Shown here piece by piece: positions 47,741-61,209 of a stretch of 64,000 nt of DNA; the stretch's first letter is position 1; the number at the start of each line of letters is the position of its first letter. The stretch spans positions 2,265,576 through 2,329,575 of the forward strand of contig MU057887.1 of NCBI GenBank assembly GCA_013265495.1, in the 5' to 3' direction. The notes under the pieces were generated by a model. It was given only the letters and a program-made list of their open reading frames with translations. It was not told where the DNA came from and did not search any database. This stretch comes from Vicugna vicugna. Its lineage: Eukaryota. The position numbers were made by a program, and so were the translations under genes.

Positions 47741-49599
47741 CCGTTTACTGGAAAATGGGCTTTAGAAACGAAGACAGACGTTTCACGAAGGGAATTTCTG
47801 GGTCTGCAGAGAAGGGGACGGGGAAGGGCTTCGGGGGCAGGACCCACTGCCCTGGGCTTGGGGCCCCCTGAGGTCATCCGGGCACCATCAGTTCCCACTG
47901 ACAGGAGCCCCGGGGAGCTCACCCACCGTGGACCATGGACACCACGTCCTTCTGGGCCTTCCCAGCCCCCAGCATCCTGAGAAGCGGGGCCAGTGCAGGA
48001 AGGGGAGGCCCAGCGAGCCGTCCCTCTTTAGGGAGAAGCTCAGATCTGGGGGTCATTGCCCGAAGCATCTCAGGAAAACCCACCCCGAGCGCTCCCACCT
48101 GCGGCCTTCCCTGTGTGGCTGCAGACCCATGGCTTTCCTCGGGCTCTTCCTAAATTCAGCCCGGGGTCGGGGGACTTGGGGACAAACGTTCCTCGAGGAC
48201 AGCACTCACGGATCATTTCATCTGCTCCTCCAAAGGCCCTCCTGAAGCCACTCTTGTTGCCTTTGTTATTTGCAGTGTTAGGTGGGAATGCCGAGTCCTG
48301 TGGAAGTCCAGTAGGTGGTCAGAGGCCACGTGGCCCTTTAGTGGCAGGTCTGGGACGTGGGGCAGCAGCGTCTTCCTTACCTCCGGGGAAGCTGTGGCTC
48401 AAGGCCACACAGCTAGCAGGTGACAGGGCTGATCTCCTTTTCGGGTAAGCACCCAACTCCAGGTTCAGTCCCCGGAGTCTGCAAGGCTCTTTCCTTTACG
48501 CCTAGGACTGCTCCGTCATCGGGCTGCGTGGGCCCCGTCCAGCTGTAAGGAGCGATGCTCGGAGCAGGCAGGAGGGAGTGCTGTGGGTCTCAGCTCCCCC
48601 TCGGCCCCACTGCAAACATCTCCCGGCATGGGGATGGGGTCGGGGAGGAAGCCTCTTGCGGGCACACCCCACCTGCAGCTGATCGATGTTTCCTGGGCAT
48701 CCCTCCAGCAGAACACTTAGACCCTTTTAAGGCAGCCTGGGGTGATGCCCTGGGTCCCTCCCTCCAAATCCTTGACACCTGCCAAGGCCCCTTCGCTGCT
48801 GCTAACTGAGGGGCCCTGAAGGTTAATGGCAGGGCCCAGCGCTCAGGCTGGAAGCCAGGTCTCAGCGATGGAGCTGGAGGAGACCTTCCAGAAGCTCCGT
48901 TTAATCAGCTCGGGTATCTATCTGCTCGCTGACAAGAGGGAGGATGAGTTATTTCTGCCCGTAAACCGGCTTAGCCCCACGGCGGTGGCTGTAACAATGC
49001 CCGGCATCTTACATGCAGGGTCCTCTGAACGGCCAGGCTCCCACATCCTTCCTGCTCCTTTCCTGTGAAGGGGGCAGCCCGGGTGCTCTTGCGGCTGCAG
49101 GACAGGTGCGGTCTGGCTGGGAGAGGGTCAGCAGCTCGCCTGAGACTGAGCCCCCAGCCCGAGCGCCGTGTTTATCCGCAGTCGTCTCCCTGCTCACGTG
49201 CTCCGATGCACTGGAGTCTGAGTGAACACGTGCGGCGTGGTCCTGCTCTGGAGTGTCTCATGGGTTTTGGGGATTCTGGGAGTCTCAGGCCTGGCTCTCA
49301 TCTCCGCATGCACATGCGGCCTGCGCCAGCAGCTGAGCAGCATATAGAGCAGAGATGAGCGTGCTGGCAGTGGTGGACCAGAATCTGCAAGGCCTTGCCT
49401 CTCCCCCAGCTCCCTGCACTCAGGGTCCGCTCTGCTCCTGTGTCCACTCTGCTCCCCTGCCCAGCACGGCGTCTCCTGACTCTGGACCTAGGCTCTTACT
49501 GAGGGTCCCTCTGTCCCTCTGTCTGCAGTGCTTTGTTTGGGGCTCCGGCTGCCACCGCGCACCTCCCCCAGGGACCATCTCCACGGGCTAGGTCCTCCT

Positions 49600-49845
49600 C
49601 CTTCCCTGACATCCCGGCCAGGACAGTGCTCCCCTGTGTGCTCTGAAACATCACCCTGCCTCCTCGCTTCACAGCATCTCTGAAATCCCGAAGTCCCCTG
49701 TTCATGATCCCTGCTGGGAACTGCCAGGAGCCGTGTCGGTCCTGTCCCCTCACTCACGGCTGTGTCCCAGGTCCTAGGAGAGCGCCCAGTGGGCCCTAGG
49801 CGCTCAGTAACCACTGATTGAGCAAATAAAGGAATGGATGGACGG
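49600..49845 (+). mobile_element. L2 3' end fragment
   Basis: CACGGCTGTGTCCCAGG...TAGGCGCTCAGTAAC...AATGGATGGA tail. Confidence 0.65.
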
Positions 49846-52800
49846 ACATGGATGTGATGGCCTGTCCTCCCTTCCTGCTCTGTCCCAGGGCTCCTGGTAA
49901 TGAAATGTGTGTGCACACGGCCACCTGAGGCCAGAGACAGTGACTCTGCAAAATGAAAACTGTGTTCACTTAATCTACCGAGTACCAGACTTCCTCCCTG
50001 ACCAATAGCGCTAGAAGGTGGAGGGAGAGAGAGGGGTGGGGAAAATGGGAAACGCCTTCCCACGCTTTGCACAGGCCGAGGAGCCGGTACATGCACGTTC
50101 ATCCTCGGGGTCGATCGAGAAGAAGACATCCAGCGAGCTGGCTTATTCGAGGTAAGCGCAAATAGAAGAAACATCACGTGAATAAAAACCGTTTTCATTT
50201 ATCCGTCGCTTGGTGTTCATTGATGCTGTGTGACATGTTCACTTCCCCACCCCCACCCCCACTCTGCTCACGTATCCCCGCACGCGCACCAGCTCCATCC
50301 AGACCCACAGCGGGCTCACAACTTCTGTGGGTTCCCCTAGGGACTGTCTCTGTGTGTAATCATCACAGGACTGAAACCTGCAACTCAGCACCGGAAGCCC
50401 AGGCAGTGGGGAGGGACCTAGGTCTGGGTTGGTGGGCTGCGGGGACGGCTCTAACTGGTTTGGCTTCTCGGCACATGTGGGACCCACGTGGTCACATCCT
50501 GCCTTTGTGGATGCTCTGCCGTTGGCGAGTCCTCCTCTGACTTCAAACGCATGTGCTGATGTCAGGTCCGATGTGCCACTTAGAGAAGCTGGGACATGAA
50601 CAGACAAACAGCAAAGCCACTTTTCTCTTGGGTTCTCCCTCAGTTGGATTAAACTGAGCACGTATTCACCGAGGGCCTGCTCCCTGCCCAGAGCTGGACC
50701 AGGAGACCTGAACAAGCAGAGGTCTCTGTGAGTGAGCTGAGTAAGTCTCAGGGCCCAAGCTGGACCGTGTGGAGCGGCTGCAGGGGGTCGGGCAGAACCG
50801 GGGCCCGATCTGCCGAAGCATCCGCAAGTCGAAATGATGGCGATCGGGAAAGCCAGGAGCAGACAGGGCAGCTCTATCTCAGACGAGGCAGCAGAGGCCC
50901 AGAAGGGTCAACCCAGGAGGCCGGGAGGCTGGCTTTTCTTTGAGGCCAGCAGCTCCGTGCGCTGGTCCCAGATCAGACTTACATACGGCCAGGCTGTCCT
51001 GACCAGGGACGGGTGAGAGTCCTGCAGGGGTGCATGTGCGGTGAGACCAGCTCTGCAGGGCCCGGGGGTAACCACGGGGAGCGAATGTCACCCACAGCCA
51101 GGAAGGGTTAGGGCTTAGCCTGCCCCGGACACGGCGCAAAGCACGTCGCAGACATCACGCCCTTAGCACGTTTGTTCCTGGTATGTCCCTGTGTCAGTTT
51201 ATTACGCCACTCGGAAGAGGCCCCTCTGGCTTGAGGTCCCCCTGTCTGGCGTCAGTCAGCACAGCTACTGGGGTGCAAAGCCCCGGTCCAGTCTAGGTCG
51301 GCCCCAACCCAGGACCCCCCGTCAAAGGCAGCCGCCCCCCCGTGCGGTTTTCTGTACCAGACTCAGAGTCACCTGTCATTACCCAGCCAGCGTCCGCCCA
51401 GCGCCGGCCCCAGAACAGGCCATGGACACGCTCCCTGTGCAGCTTCCAGCAGCAGGGGCCGTTCGGCTCGCCGCTCCCGCTTGGGGGATGGCCGGGGTCA
51501 CGGAACCTCGGGACGGTCAGGGTTGTGGGACACGAGTTTCTCTCCAGCAACACTGACTTCCTTGAGCTGAATTCGGAGGTGCTCCCATGAACAAGCCAAG
51601 GCACAGATGCGGGTCAGCCCCCGGGACTCCGGTCCAAGGCCTGCCGCTGCCTGGGGGCCACTCAGCGGGAGGACGCCAGGGGCTGTCCCCCCCTTCCCGG
51701 GGAAGGCTGCTCTAGGAGCGTTGGCATGTCGTCTGTTATGCTGGGCTGCACTGAGTAATTTGCATGTCATTCTTATCTGCTCGAGCAAGGCGATTACTGC
51801 TGATCGCTGCCAGGCCCGCGGGCTCCCCGCTGGCCCGGCCCAGGAGAGATCGGGCCGGATGAGCTGTAACTGTTGATGCTTCAGAAAGAAAGAGAAGAGC
51901 AGAATAACCAGCCCTTGTCACTGATTCCAGATAACGCTTTTCAGAGTCCTCAGAGCTCCTCCCTCCGCCTTGCCTTCTCCCAGGTGAGAGCAAACGGCTT
52001 ACAGCACCGCTGGCTCCCGGCGGGGAGGGGGACGCAGATGCCAGAAACCAGGCTTTGGAAGTAGGATTTCACCCTGCAGGAGACTGTCCCCTCGGCCCTG
52101 TCCCCGGCCCTGGATGTGCGAAGGAAATGCCTCTTGTCTAGGCTAAAAGCTCCCTCTGTCCCACCGCGTCACTCGCCTGGTTTTCAGGCTGAGTGGGCCG
52201 CCCACATATCCAATGACTTTTGTGCTGTGTCGTTGCAGGAGGAGCCTCGGACAAACACGGTGCCCTCGCTGGGCCCAGCCGGCCCTGCACAGAGAACAGG
52301 TGCCCCTCCTGGCCCTCCCCCCGCCCCTGGGCTCGGGGCCGGGACACCCCACTTCCACTCAGCACCCAGTCGCAGCTTAGAGCCCACGGGCAGGCTGAGC
52401 TCTCGTGCTCGTGCAGGGGCGGCGGGGAGCATCCCGCAGACCCAGGCTTCAGGACTGGTTGTGTGGGAGACCATTCACCTCGCTCTCCGCGCTCGGAGAC
52501 GGAGGCATCACATCCTGTGCATGGAGTTTCTGCCGGGACCAGATCTGATGGCAAATGTGAAACACCCAAGACAACGTGTGCCCAGGAAAGAGCGGATTTC
52601 ATGACCCCATGTGAAATGCTGCTCTGGCAGGTGTCCCTTATTTCAGCATCGGGAGATTGAGTTTGTAACCTAATCCTCAGCCATCCGTTCATCTGTCCCC
52701 TCACCCATCTGTCCCTTCATCCATCCATTCAATGACTCTTTATCAGATGCTCAGAGTGCTCCAGACTCTGCTCAAAGCACATGAGCTGCTCTCCAAAAAC

Positions 52801-54296
52801 AAATGCTCTTCTCTGCCGACTCTTTACGTCTTCCTGCTGCTCACAGAGCCCCCAGCTCCGTCTTAGTCCATCACCTAAAACCGCTCACAGGAGGGCCAAC
52901 AGCGGCATTATCCGGTCTTCCGAGGAAGCAGGGATGAAAGGCTGACTGCCTTGACAACTCCACGCCTTCCTGCCTCCACTGCCCAGCGAGTCCTTGATGG
53001 GAACTGATCATTTGTCCCCCCGATATTTACTGACTCCATTTTATGTGCCAAGCCAGATAAAAGCTTCCTCTCAAAGTTATTCTTTCTGGACCTGTGGCCT
53101 CCCACTAGCTGGCTCCTGATGGGACGGTCGTCACTGGGGGTGAATGCCTGCTCCCTCGGCGTCCCCAGGCTTAGGAGCCAAGAGCGATTGCTGGGTTCCA
53201 GAAAGACACGTTGGGAAGATGATAGCTTTGGAGACAGACTCGCACGTCTGGTGGCTCCTCAAAGCCATGCAGCTGAAAACCGCTCCACGGCGCCTTCCTT
53301 CCCCAGAAGATAACAGTTGCGACACCTACTCCAGGGCCCCTGTGGGGATGGAACGTGATAGCGCTTGAAACATAAATACAAGGGATTTCTGCTCAAGATA
53401 GCAGGCTGAGCAGACGTTGAGAATCCTCTGATTCTACTTCAAACACAGAAATTTTGGATTAAACATATTATGTATGTAAAAAATATAGGTCAGGTTGAAA
53501 ATAAGAAGGAGAATCCACTATGTGCTTGAAATACAGATGCACTTTCTAGGCAAAACTTAAAATGATTCACGGCCAGCCGCTTGGTGCTGCCTACTCAGCA
53601 GGGTCCGAAGTTGAAGGCCCCGTGGTGGGGAGATGGGCGCCCTGCGTAAAGCCCCACATCCTTTGTGAAAGGGGGCGGTAAAGTTTATGCTTGGTGGCCC
53701 AAGTCTTTCGACTTAGAAGTGAGCCACCTTCCCTGGGCCACTGACAGAAGCAAAGCGTCTTTGATGAAACGTGAGCCTGCACTGTTAGTGGGTGCAGGAT
53801 GCACATCTTCTGTTAAGTGTGATGTGGAAACTCTGAGCGTTCACATGAATACACACACACACCCACCCCCCCCAGGGCAGTGGAACTCAGAGGGCCCCAA
53901 GGCAAGCAAGACAAGCAAATGTGAATCCCTGGACAACATACAATTGCCACTGAGGATGAGAAATAAAGACTAGTTCAGAAATCCTCGCACGAAACTAAAG
54001 CAACAGGGTGATCGCAAATGGAATTTGAAATAAGAGTGTTTGGCGTGCGCAGGTGGGCAGCACAAAGAGCAGACGGCACGGCGGCTGAAGGCACACTAGG
54101 AGGTAGTGCAGAGTCCTGGCCCTGGGTGTGAGGCACCGCAGAGCGAGGACCAGCATTCTGCCTGAGGACAACAAGGGAGGCAGCACTAAGCGTGTGAGGA
54201 ACCAGCGTGAGGCACCAGGGAGCTCAGGGGAGGCGGGGCTGCAGCAGCCAAGGAGTGCGAGGAGGGGAAGCTCGCAGAGGCCAGCGGCCTCGGGAC

Positions 54297-54497
54297 CGGC
54301 ACTGCCCAGCGGAGCTCTGCTGACGACGAGGAGGTTTCCTCTGTCCCGCGGGGCAGCCACGGGCCACCAGTGGCTGCTGAGCACCTGAAGTGTGGATGGT
54401 ATAGCTGAGAAACTGAACTTTAGACTTGGTTTAATTTTAGTTAATTTCAAGTTAGGTAGCTAGAAGTGACCAGTGACAGCTGTATTGGGTAGCCCAG
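54297..54497. mobile_element. hAT-Charlie MITE, MER3-like
   Basis: GTGGCTGCTGAGCACCTGAAGTGTGG...CTGAGAAACTGAACTTT...TTTAATTTTAGTTAATTT...GTATTGG. Confidence 0.8.
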
Positions 54498-54632
54498 CTC
54501 AGTGACATTTGCCAAATTTGGAAAAACCACGTGAGAGGCTGACAAGCGGAACAAGGGGCAGAACCTAGGTGTCGGCACCTGGAGCCTGATGTACATGGGG
54601 GTGCGATGGGCGAGGCTGTGGCCCACTAAGGC

Positions 54633-54835
54633 CAGGGCCGGCCAGTGACGGCTCGCTGCCTGCTACCATGGATGAAGCTTTGCTGGAGCACAGCCAAGCC
54701 CGTTTGTTACAGAGAGCCTCTGGCTGCCTTCACACCACAGCAGCCAAGGTGAGTAGATGTGACAGATCCCACATGGGCTGCACCACCTTAAATATTTACT
54801 ACCTGGCCTTTTATAGATGAAGTTGTCAACCTCTG
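54633..54835. mobile_element. hAT-Charlie MITE, MER58A-like
   Basis: CAGGG...CTCTG ends, AAATATTTACTACCTGGCC core, and an 8-bp TSD ACTAAGGC/ACCAAGGC (54625-54632 and 54836-54843). Confidence 0.85.
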
Positions 54836-54949
54836 ACCAAGGCACGTATCCCCAGCTTTCAGGAGTGCTGGCTGGTGACAGGGCACAGATGAATTGCTCT
54901 TGACGGAAGGGGGTTGCTCTGTCCAGAGCTACAGATCCTCACTGGACGG

Positions 54950-55175
54950 TATAGACTCACTGCCTGGTTGATGCGAGAGACAGACTTGGCCCCCCGCCCT
55001 GAACTGAGGACAGCTACCAAGGTCACGGCAGCTGCAGACCCCCCCCATGGGCTCAGCCAGCTTCCCCCTTTGCCTGACCTTCCCTCCCTGTTCTCGCATA
55101 GTATCTCCCTCAAGAACTCTCCCGATAAAACTGCACATGCACCTGTGCCTCAGAGCCTGTTTCCCGCGGGGCCTT
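54950..55175 (+). mobile_element. Old ERVL-type LTR fragment (LTR16/LTR33-like)
   Basis: CTCCCGATAAAACTGCAC...TGTGCCTCAGAGCCTGTTTCC resembles an ERVL LTR 3' end. Confidence 0.4.
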
Positions 55176-55339
55176 GCCCCAGGAAGGAGCCTGGATATGC
55201 TCCCTTTAACTTTGGGTCAGCACCCCAGAGGAACAGACCCTGGAGTTAAAAGTCCACTGGAAAGAGAGATCCTAAAAGGTGAAAGGTCAAGCTCAAGCTG
55301 CCTAGACCCCTGCATCGGCAGGAGCTCTGAGACAGCCGG

Positions 55340-56340
55340 TGCTTCCAGACCAGCTCCCTAGAAGCAGACACCGCTGTCGGCAACACTGAATCGTCTCTAC
55401 AGCTTTTACACTCAACGTCCAACACTCACTAAGAGTAACCAGGCACAGGAGAAGACAACAGGACCTCAAACCAGAAGAAATCAAAGGAAGTAGGAGCATA
55501 CGCACGGGGGATTCAGATAACGAATGATCATGTAAACTTTCAAATAAATATATTCTCTATACCCAAATAAATAAAAGACAAGGCTAATAACTTATGCAGT
55601 GAATTGACAACTAAAAAATAAAATAAGTGGAAAATTTAGAGCTTTTTTAAAAAGCAAAGGAAACCAATAATTTAGGGGAGGCATGTAATTCAAAATCAGA
55701 CAGAGCTAAAGAGGAAATCAGAAAACTGGAAGACAGACGAGAAGGAAATACTCAGACATGAGCTTAGGAACAGACAGGCGTAAATGGCACACACGAGCAC
55801 TGAGAGACGGACGGGACACGGGCAGACGCTTACTGTGTGCGCCCGAAGGTTCAGGAGCAGAGGGAAATGATGCTGTAAGGGATAAAGATTTGAAAACAAT
55901 GAGGTAAGAATTTTCCAAAAGTGACTACAAATGCTGTCACATCGAATGCAAAACCTAGGCAGAGTAAGCAAGGTCATAACTAATCACAGCATCGAACAGT
56001 CCTAAAAACCAAAGACAAAAAGGAAGGCTTGGAAGCCACTAAAAATAAAAACAAAATTAAAAAGCGAGATTTCCTTCAAAGAAGAAACCATTAACAGACT
56101 ATTTCTTAAGAGAAAATGGAAATCAGAAGATACTGGGAAAATTATCAAAGTGCGGGAATGATAGATTAATAACAAGATAACTAGAAAACCCTTCTACATG
56201 TGGAAATTAAACAATGCATTTTTAAATAGCTCTGTCCAAAATAGCTAAGTTGAACATTGGAAGATGTTTTGAACTGAATGTTAATAAAAGTAATATATAG
56301 TAGACGTTATCATTTAAGGCTAAACAAATGCTTAAGTGGA
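55340..56340 (+). mobile_element. Decayed L1 5'/ORF1 region
   Basis: Very A-rich, with GAATTTTCCAAAA, AAAACCAAAGACAAAAAGGAAGGCTTGGAAGC, AATGGAAATCAGAAGATACTGG. Confidence 0.65.
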
Positions 56341-57280
56341 AATCTGACTGAATGGAAATATGAAGACAGAAAAGTGCGTCCGGGTCAACACAGGGTGACA
56401 GAGTGTATTCTATGTAATAATTTGTTTGCTTGACTCACAACATTTAAATATTTATACCTCTGCTTTGAGAGCCTTCACTTGTGCTTCTAACTCAGGACCG
56501 ACACGTGTTATGGACGCTTGATTTGTGACAAAAATGTCCCTTTAGTGGAGTTTGGTTAGGATATCTTTTAATGAGTGGTTCTGGGTCATTGGAAAAATAC
56601 ATGTATTTTGATTTCCTGCTTCAAATTATATACAAAAGGCAATTCCAGATATATTTTAGATGTACACGTGAATGATAAACTACTAAAACTTACGTTATTT
56701 GTCAGAGGCAATTTTTGAATAAACTGTGTCAGGAAAATTTCTTCATCTAGACATAAAAGCACTACCTGTGATGGAAAACACTGATGTTCCAGATGACTTG
56801 GAAATACAAGAACTTCTTTTCAAGAAACTTGGAAAGTAACTCACCAAGTAGAAGAATCTTTGCTATCTGACATCCAGACCTTGGACAAAATCAAGAAATT
56901 AGATTCAATTAAAATCAGGAACTTGAATCCATAAAAAATTGTATTAATGAGAGAGAGAAACTGAGCCCATCAGGCAAACCACAGTCGACTGAGCAGAACA
57001 GCCGAGACGCTACAGGCGGGAAGTACTCAGTGTGGGCGAGCACGCGGAGGAGCGGGAACTTCGCCACGGTGGGTGGGGGCTCAGACGCCGTAAAGTCAGG
57101 CCCCCCCCAAAGAAACGTGCCGCGTGGACTCACCAGCGAGCACGCACGGTGCGCCCCGTCGTTTTTGTGAGCAGCAGCTGGAGGCGTCGCGAATGCTGCC
57201 CAGGGAGGGGGATGCGCCCCTCCTGGCAGACTCCCGCAGTCCTGTGTCAGAGCAGGTGGGACACACGGAGCGGAGTTGCT

Positions 57281-58375
57281 GGGAGCAGCACGACCGGCTC
57301 CCCAGCGGGACTCTGAGTGACGCAGACACAGACATGCGTGCGCACATGTGCTTACGTGGGTGTCTGTGCACGTGTGTGCTGTGTGGGTGTGCTGGAGATG
57401 GCCTGAGCGCTACAGGGTGAGGACTCAAGCTGATGGGTACATTGAGGGAGGACGGGTAACCGGGGGGGGAGGATTATACGAGAATTTTCGGATAACGGTG
57501 ATGCTCTATTTTCCACCCCGAGGTGTGAGCACATGGGTGTGGCTGCTTGTGGTAATTTGTTAGGTGGGTCCATTATGACATGTGTGTGTGTGTGTGTGTG
57601 TGTGTGATAATTTCATAGAGAAAGCCTTAACTCAGATTATTCAGATCTGGTGGGGAGTTTGGCACTGAGTTTATTTTATTTTAGACATGAAGAATGATGT
57701 CATTGTTAACTGAAGTAGAAGTGAAAATATATTATCAAACAGCAAATGACCTCATACCTGGCGCATATATAAAAATGTTTACATACTCAGAATATGTAAA
57801 TGTTGAGTAGAAACCCATCCTGGAGGGAGCAGCACGACCGGCTCCCCAGCGGGACTCTGAGTGACGCAGACACGGACATGCGTGCGCACATGTGCTTACG
57901 CGGGTGTCTCTGCACGTGTGTGCTGTGTGGGTGTGCTGGAGATGGCCTGAGTGCTACAGGGTGAGGACTCAAGCTGATGGGTACGTTGAGGGAGGACGGG
58001 TAACCGGGGGGGGGGGATTNNNNNNNNNNNNNNNNNNNNNNNNNNNNNNNNNNNNNNNNNNNNNNNNNNNNNNNNNNNNNNNNNNNNNNNNNNNNNNNNN
58101 NNNNNTGGTAATTTGTGGGTCCATTATGACATGTGTGTGTGTGTGTGTGTGTGTGTGATAATTTCATAGAGAAAGCCTTAACTCAGATTATTCAGATCTG
58201 GTGGGGAGTTTGGCACTGAGTTTATTTTATTTTAGACATGAAGAATGATGTCATTGTTAACTGAAGTAGAAGTGAAAATATATTATCAAACAGCAAATGA
58301 CCTCATACCTGGCGCATATATAAAAATGTTTACATACTCAGAATATGTAAATGTTGAGTAGAAACCCATCCTGGA
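57281..58375. repeat. About 545-bp tandem duplication, each copy containing a (TG)n microsatellite
   Basis: Copy 1 is 57281-57824 and copy 2 is 57825-58375, both GGGAGCAGCACGACCGG...GAAACCCATCCTGGA. Confidence 0.95.
58020..58105. other. Assembly gap (86 N)
   Basis: Run of N inside the second duplicate copy. Confidence 0.99.
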
Positions 58376-58779
58376 ATTATTATATGCACGCAATAAAGAG
58401 CTTAACTGGAGAGAGTGTGTATGAGGGTTTTATTGGGATCAGAAGAAGGTGAAACCCTCAGCTTCTTTGATAGGAAGACAGTAGTTAATATCTAATAATG
58501 AAGATTCAAAAACGTTAGGAAAAATGCATCACTTCTACATGCGGATCTCCAGAGAAGCAGCTGAGGTAGTAATTACCTCGGGGGGGCAGGCAGAGAAAGG
58601 ACACACGCAGGGGACGGCTTGGACTGTGTGTGGGACTTGCAGAATATTACAGCTTTTAAACCTGCACATTGCGTAACTGAAAAAAAGTAAATCTTTAAGA
58701 AATGAATTCTGTAGCTGTATCATACACACATATGCAAATAGACTCACTTATCAATAGTAGCTAAAAGGAAAGAAATATA

Positions 58780-61200
58780 CACTTTCATCAAATGCCCATA
58801 CAGATTGAATAAGTCACAAGATTTATAAAGTTTCAGAGAATAGGAAAAGAGGATAGAAAAACCATTCTGTTAAAATAGCTGGTAACAAGGAAGACATCAC
58901 AGTCAGTTAGGATGGGAAGAAAAATCTATATTCATGCCCACTTTAAACAGATAAATAAAGCCTAAATATCATGTAACATCAAAATCAACAAGGTATTAAA
59001 GCAACACGCTGCAACCACACAAAGTTAATCACAGGAATGTAACAATGGTCAGAAAAACCTACCACAGTGGTTATTATGCTAAGAGAATAAAGGATACATT
59101 TTAATGGTTTCGTTAGATGCTGAAGAAGCATTTGATAAAAGTCAGTGCTCGTTCCTGATGAAAACCACTTAGCAAACAAGGACAGCAATGAAAGACTCTT
59201 ATCTTGATAGAATGTATTTACCAGAAAACTGAAGCAAGCACCATGCTTAATAGTGAAACATGAGTGACATTTTCTCAAGAAACAGTTCAGCAAGGATGCG
59301 CACCGCACATCGCTGTTTAATGCTGTGCTGAAGGTTCTAACCAGTGTAAAAATGAAACCGAACATGAGAAGTATCACATTATGCATATGAGAATGTTCTT
59401 TTCTACAAAAATGCAAAAGCATAAACTGATGAATGGCTCCCACCGGTCATGAGAGTCCAGAAACCTGGGACTGAATATATCAACCTGCTAAAGTCAATAG
59501 TTTTTCTAGAACCAGCAACAACCAAATAGAGAACGTAATGGAAATAAGAACACTCTATTCACAGCCGAAATAATAACATAAAAGGACTCCAGACGATTCT
59601 AACCTGCTGAAAAAAGGGAAATTGGCTTGAATAGAAGAAGGGACATACATCACTGCTCAGACTGGCACAGCTCCGCAGCCAACAATCTGAAAACCTCAGT
59701 GGCTTAGCAAAATACAGGTTTTGCTTTTCCTTGCTCAGATAGTAGCTTTGTGCGAGTTTCCGGGATGTGGCCTTCCACGTGGCCATCCGGGGACCCAGGT
59801 TCCCCGGATGGGTCTCTGCGTGCAGGTGGAAGGTACCAGAAGTGAGGGTGGGGCGGCTCCTGTTGGCCAGACGGAGGTGGCTCATACCATCTCTGCCCAG
59901 CTCCCGTTGTCTGGGACTTCTCACGTCGTGTCACCTGAATGTGAGGGAAGGTGAGACCTGTCGCCTCCGTGTGTCTAGGAGGAAAGGAACGGTGGTTTGG
60001 CAAATTAACAAGTGTCTTCCACCCGCAGCAAGAAGAGATGTCGTAGAGATGTTATTCCTCCTCAAGAATCCACGCGTCCACCTGCAGCCCCACCAGGCCC
60101 AACAGGTGTCATCACGGAGGCGGGTGCCTTGATGCTCTAGTTTGTGTGGGCACTGAGTGTGCCAGAGCAGCCAGCACAACTGTAAAAAGATGCGACGTGA
60201 GCTTGCCCCACTTGGTGTGACATAAAGGCAGAGGAACCGGAGCATCGTGACCTTAGTGCAGCGCACACACACGATGCAGCGGAGCAGGTGCTGTGGAAAC
60301 TGCCGGACACCTCAGGGAACTTGCCCGTGAGGTCAAATTAGCAGACGATAAAAGGGGTATTGCAAGTCCGCGTGTCCTGAGCCTGGCTCATCCATGCTGC
60401 TGGGATAGACCACCCACTTGCTAAAAAATCGCATAGATGGATCATGACTTGGAGTATATGCAGACACATTTCAATTTGATTAAAAGTGTCTTAAAAATGT
60501 CTGTATGACCTGAGCAGGTGCAAGCTTAGTGATATGAAAGAATTAGAAATTATGTGGGGAAAGACTGACAAATTCCCTGTGACAAATGACAAAATAGACG
60601 AAGTTAATTGGCAGCTGACAGAACGATGAAAATATTTTCAGTAGAAACCGCAAAGGATTAATATTCAGAGTTTAGACAAGAGCCACACAAATCAACAGGC
60701 AAAGGTCAACCAGCCGAGAACAGTCAGACGGTGTGAAGCGCGGGCTCGCTGAGCACGAACCCAAGTGGCCAGCAGACACACGGACGTGCTCAAATGCAAG
60801 CTCAAGGTTGTTTCGCCTTTTATATTAGGGAAGAAGCAGAGTCACAACACGAAGTGCCAGGCAGGAGGGACTGTGTTTGAATTTGGAGGAACCATTCACT
60901 GAGAAAGCCTTTTAGCGGGGTGGTTTATCCATGCATCAGAATTTTAAAAGCACAGCCTTCGATCCAGTCCTCACATTTTGGGAATCCAGGTAAAACAAGA
61001 ACCGATCCGTGTGCACAAGACACGCGTGCATGCGTGTGCAAAGACGCCCCTCACAGCAGTATGTGCAACAGCAAAAACAGGAAAGCGAATTCAATAATCA
61101 TCAAGAGGACCACAGGTAAGTTAATCACGTCGGAGCCAATCCACGGAGTCTTACAAAGCAGTTAGAAATGAAAGCAGCTCTACAACCTGCCTCGCAAAAT
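58780..61200 (+). mobile_element. Ancient L1 ORF2 (RT region to 3' end) remnants, interrupted by an MLT1 LTR
   Basis: TAGATGCTGAAGAAGCATTTGATAAAA (DAEKAFDK motif of L1 RT) at about 59114-59140, with further ORF2-like text at 60030-61200. Confidence 0.8.
59650..60020 (-). mobile_element. MaLR LTR, MLT1J/K-like
   Basis: AAACCTCAGTGGCTTAGCAAAATA, GGGACCCAGG, GTGTCTAGGAGGAAAGG antisense MLT1J motifs. Confidence 0.7.
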
Positions 61201-61209
61201 GAGTAAGAC

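Noticed and set aside
52515..52550. Kinase-like peptide LCMEFLPGPDLM
   Set aside because: Resembles the hinge of AGC kinases, but flanking residues show no other kinase subdomain. Likely chance.
61021..61040. 20-bp alternating purine-pyrimidine tract (Z-DNA candidate)
   Set aside because: Short and inside a decayed L1. No sign of function.
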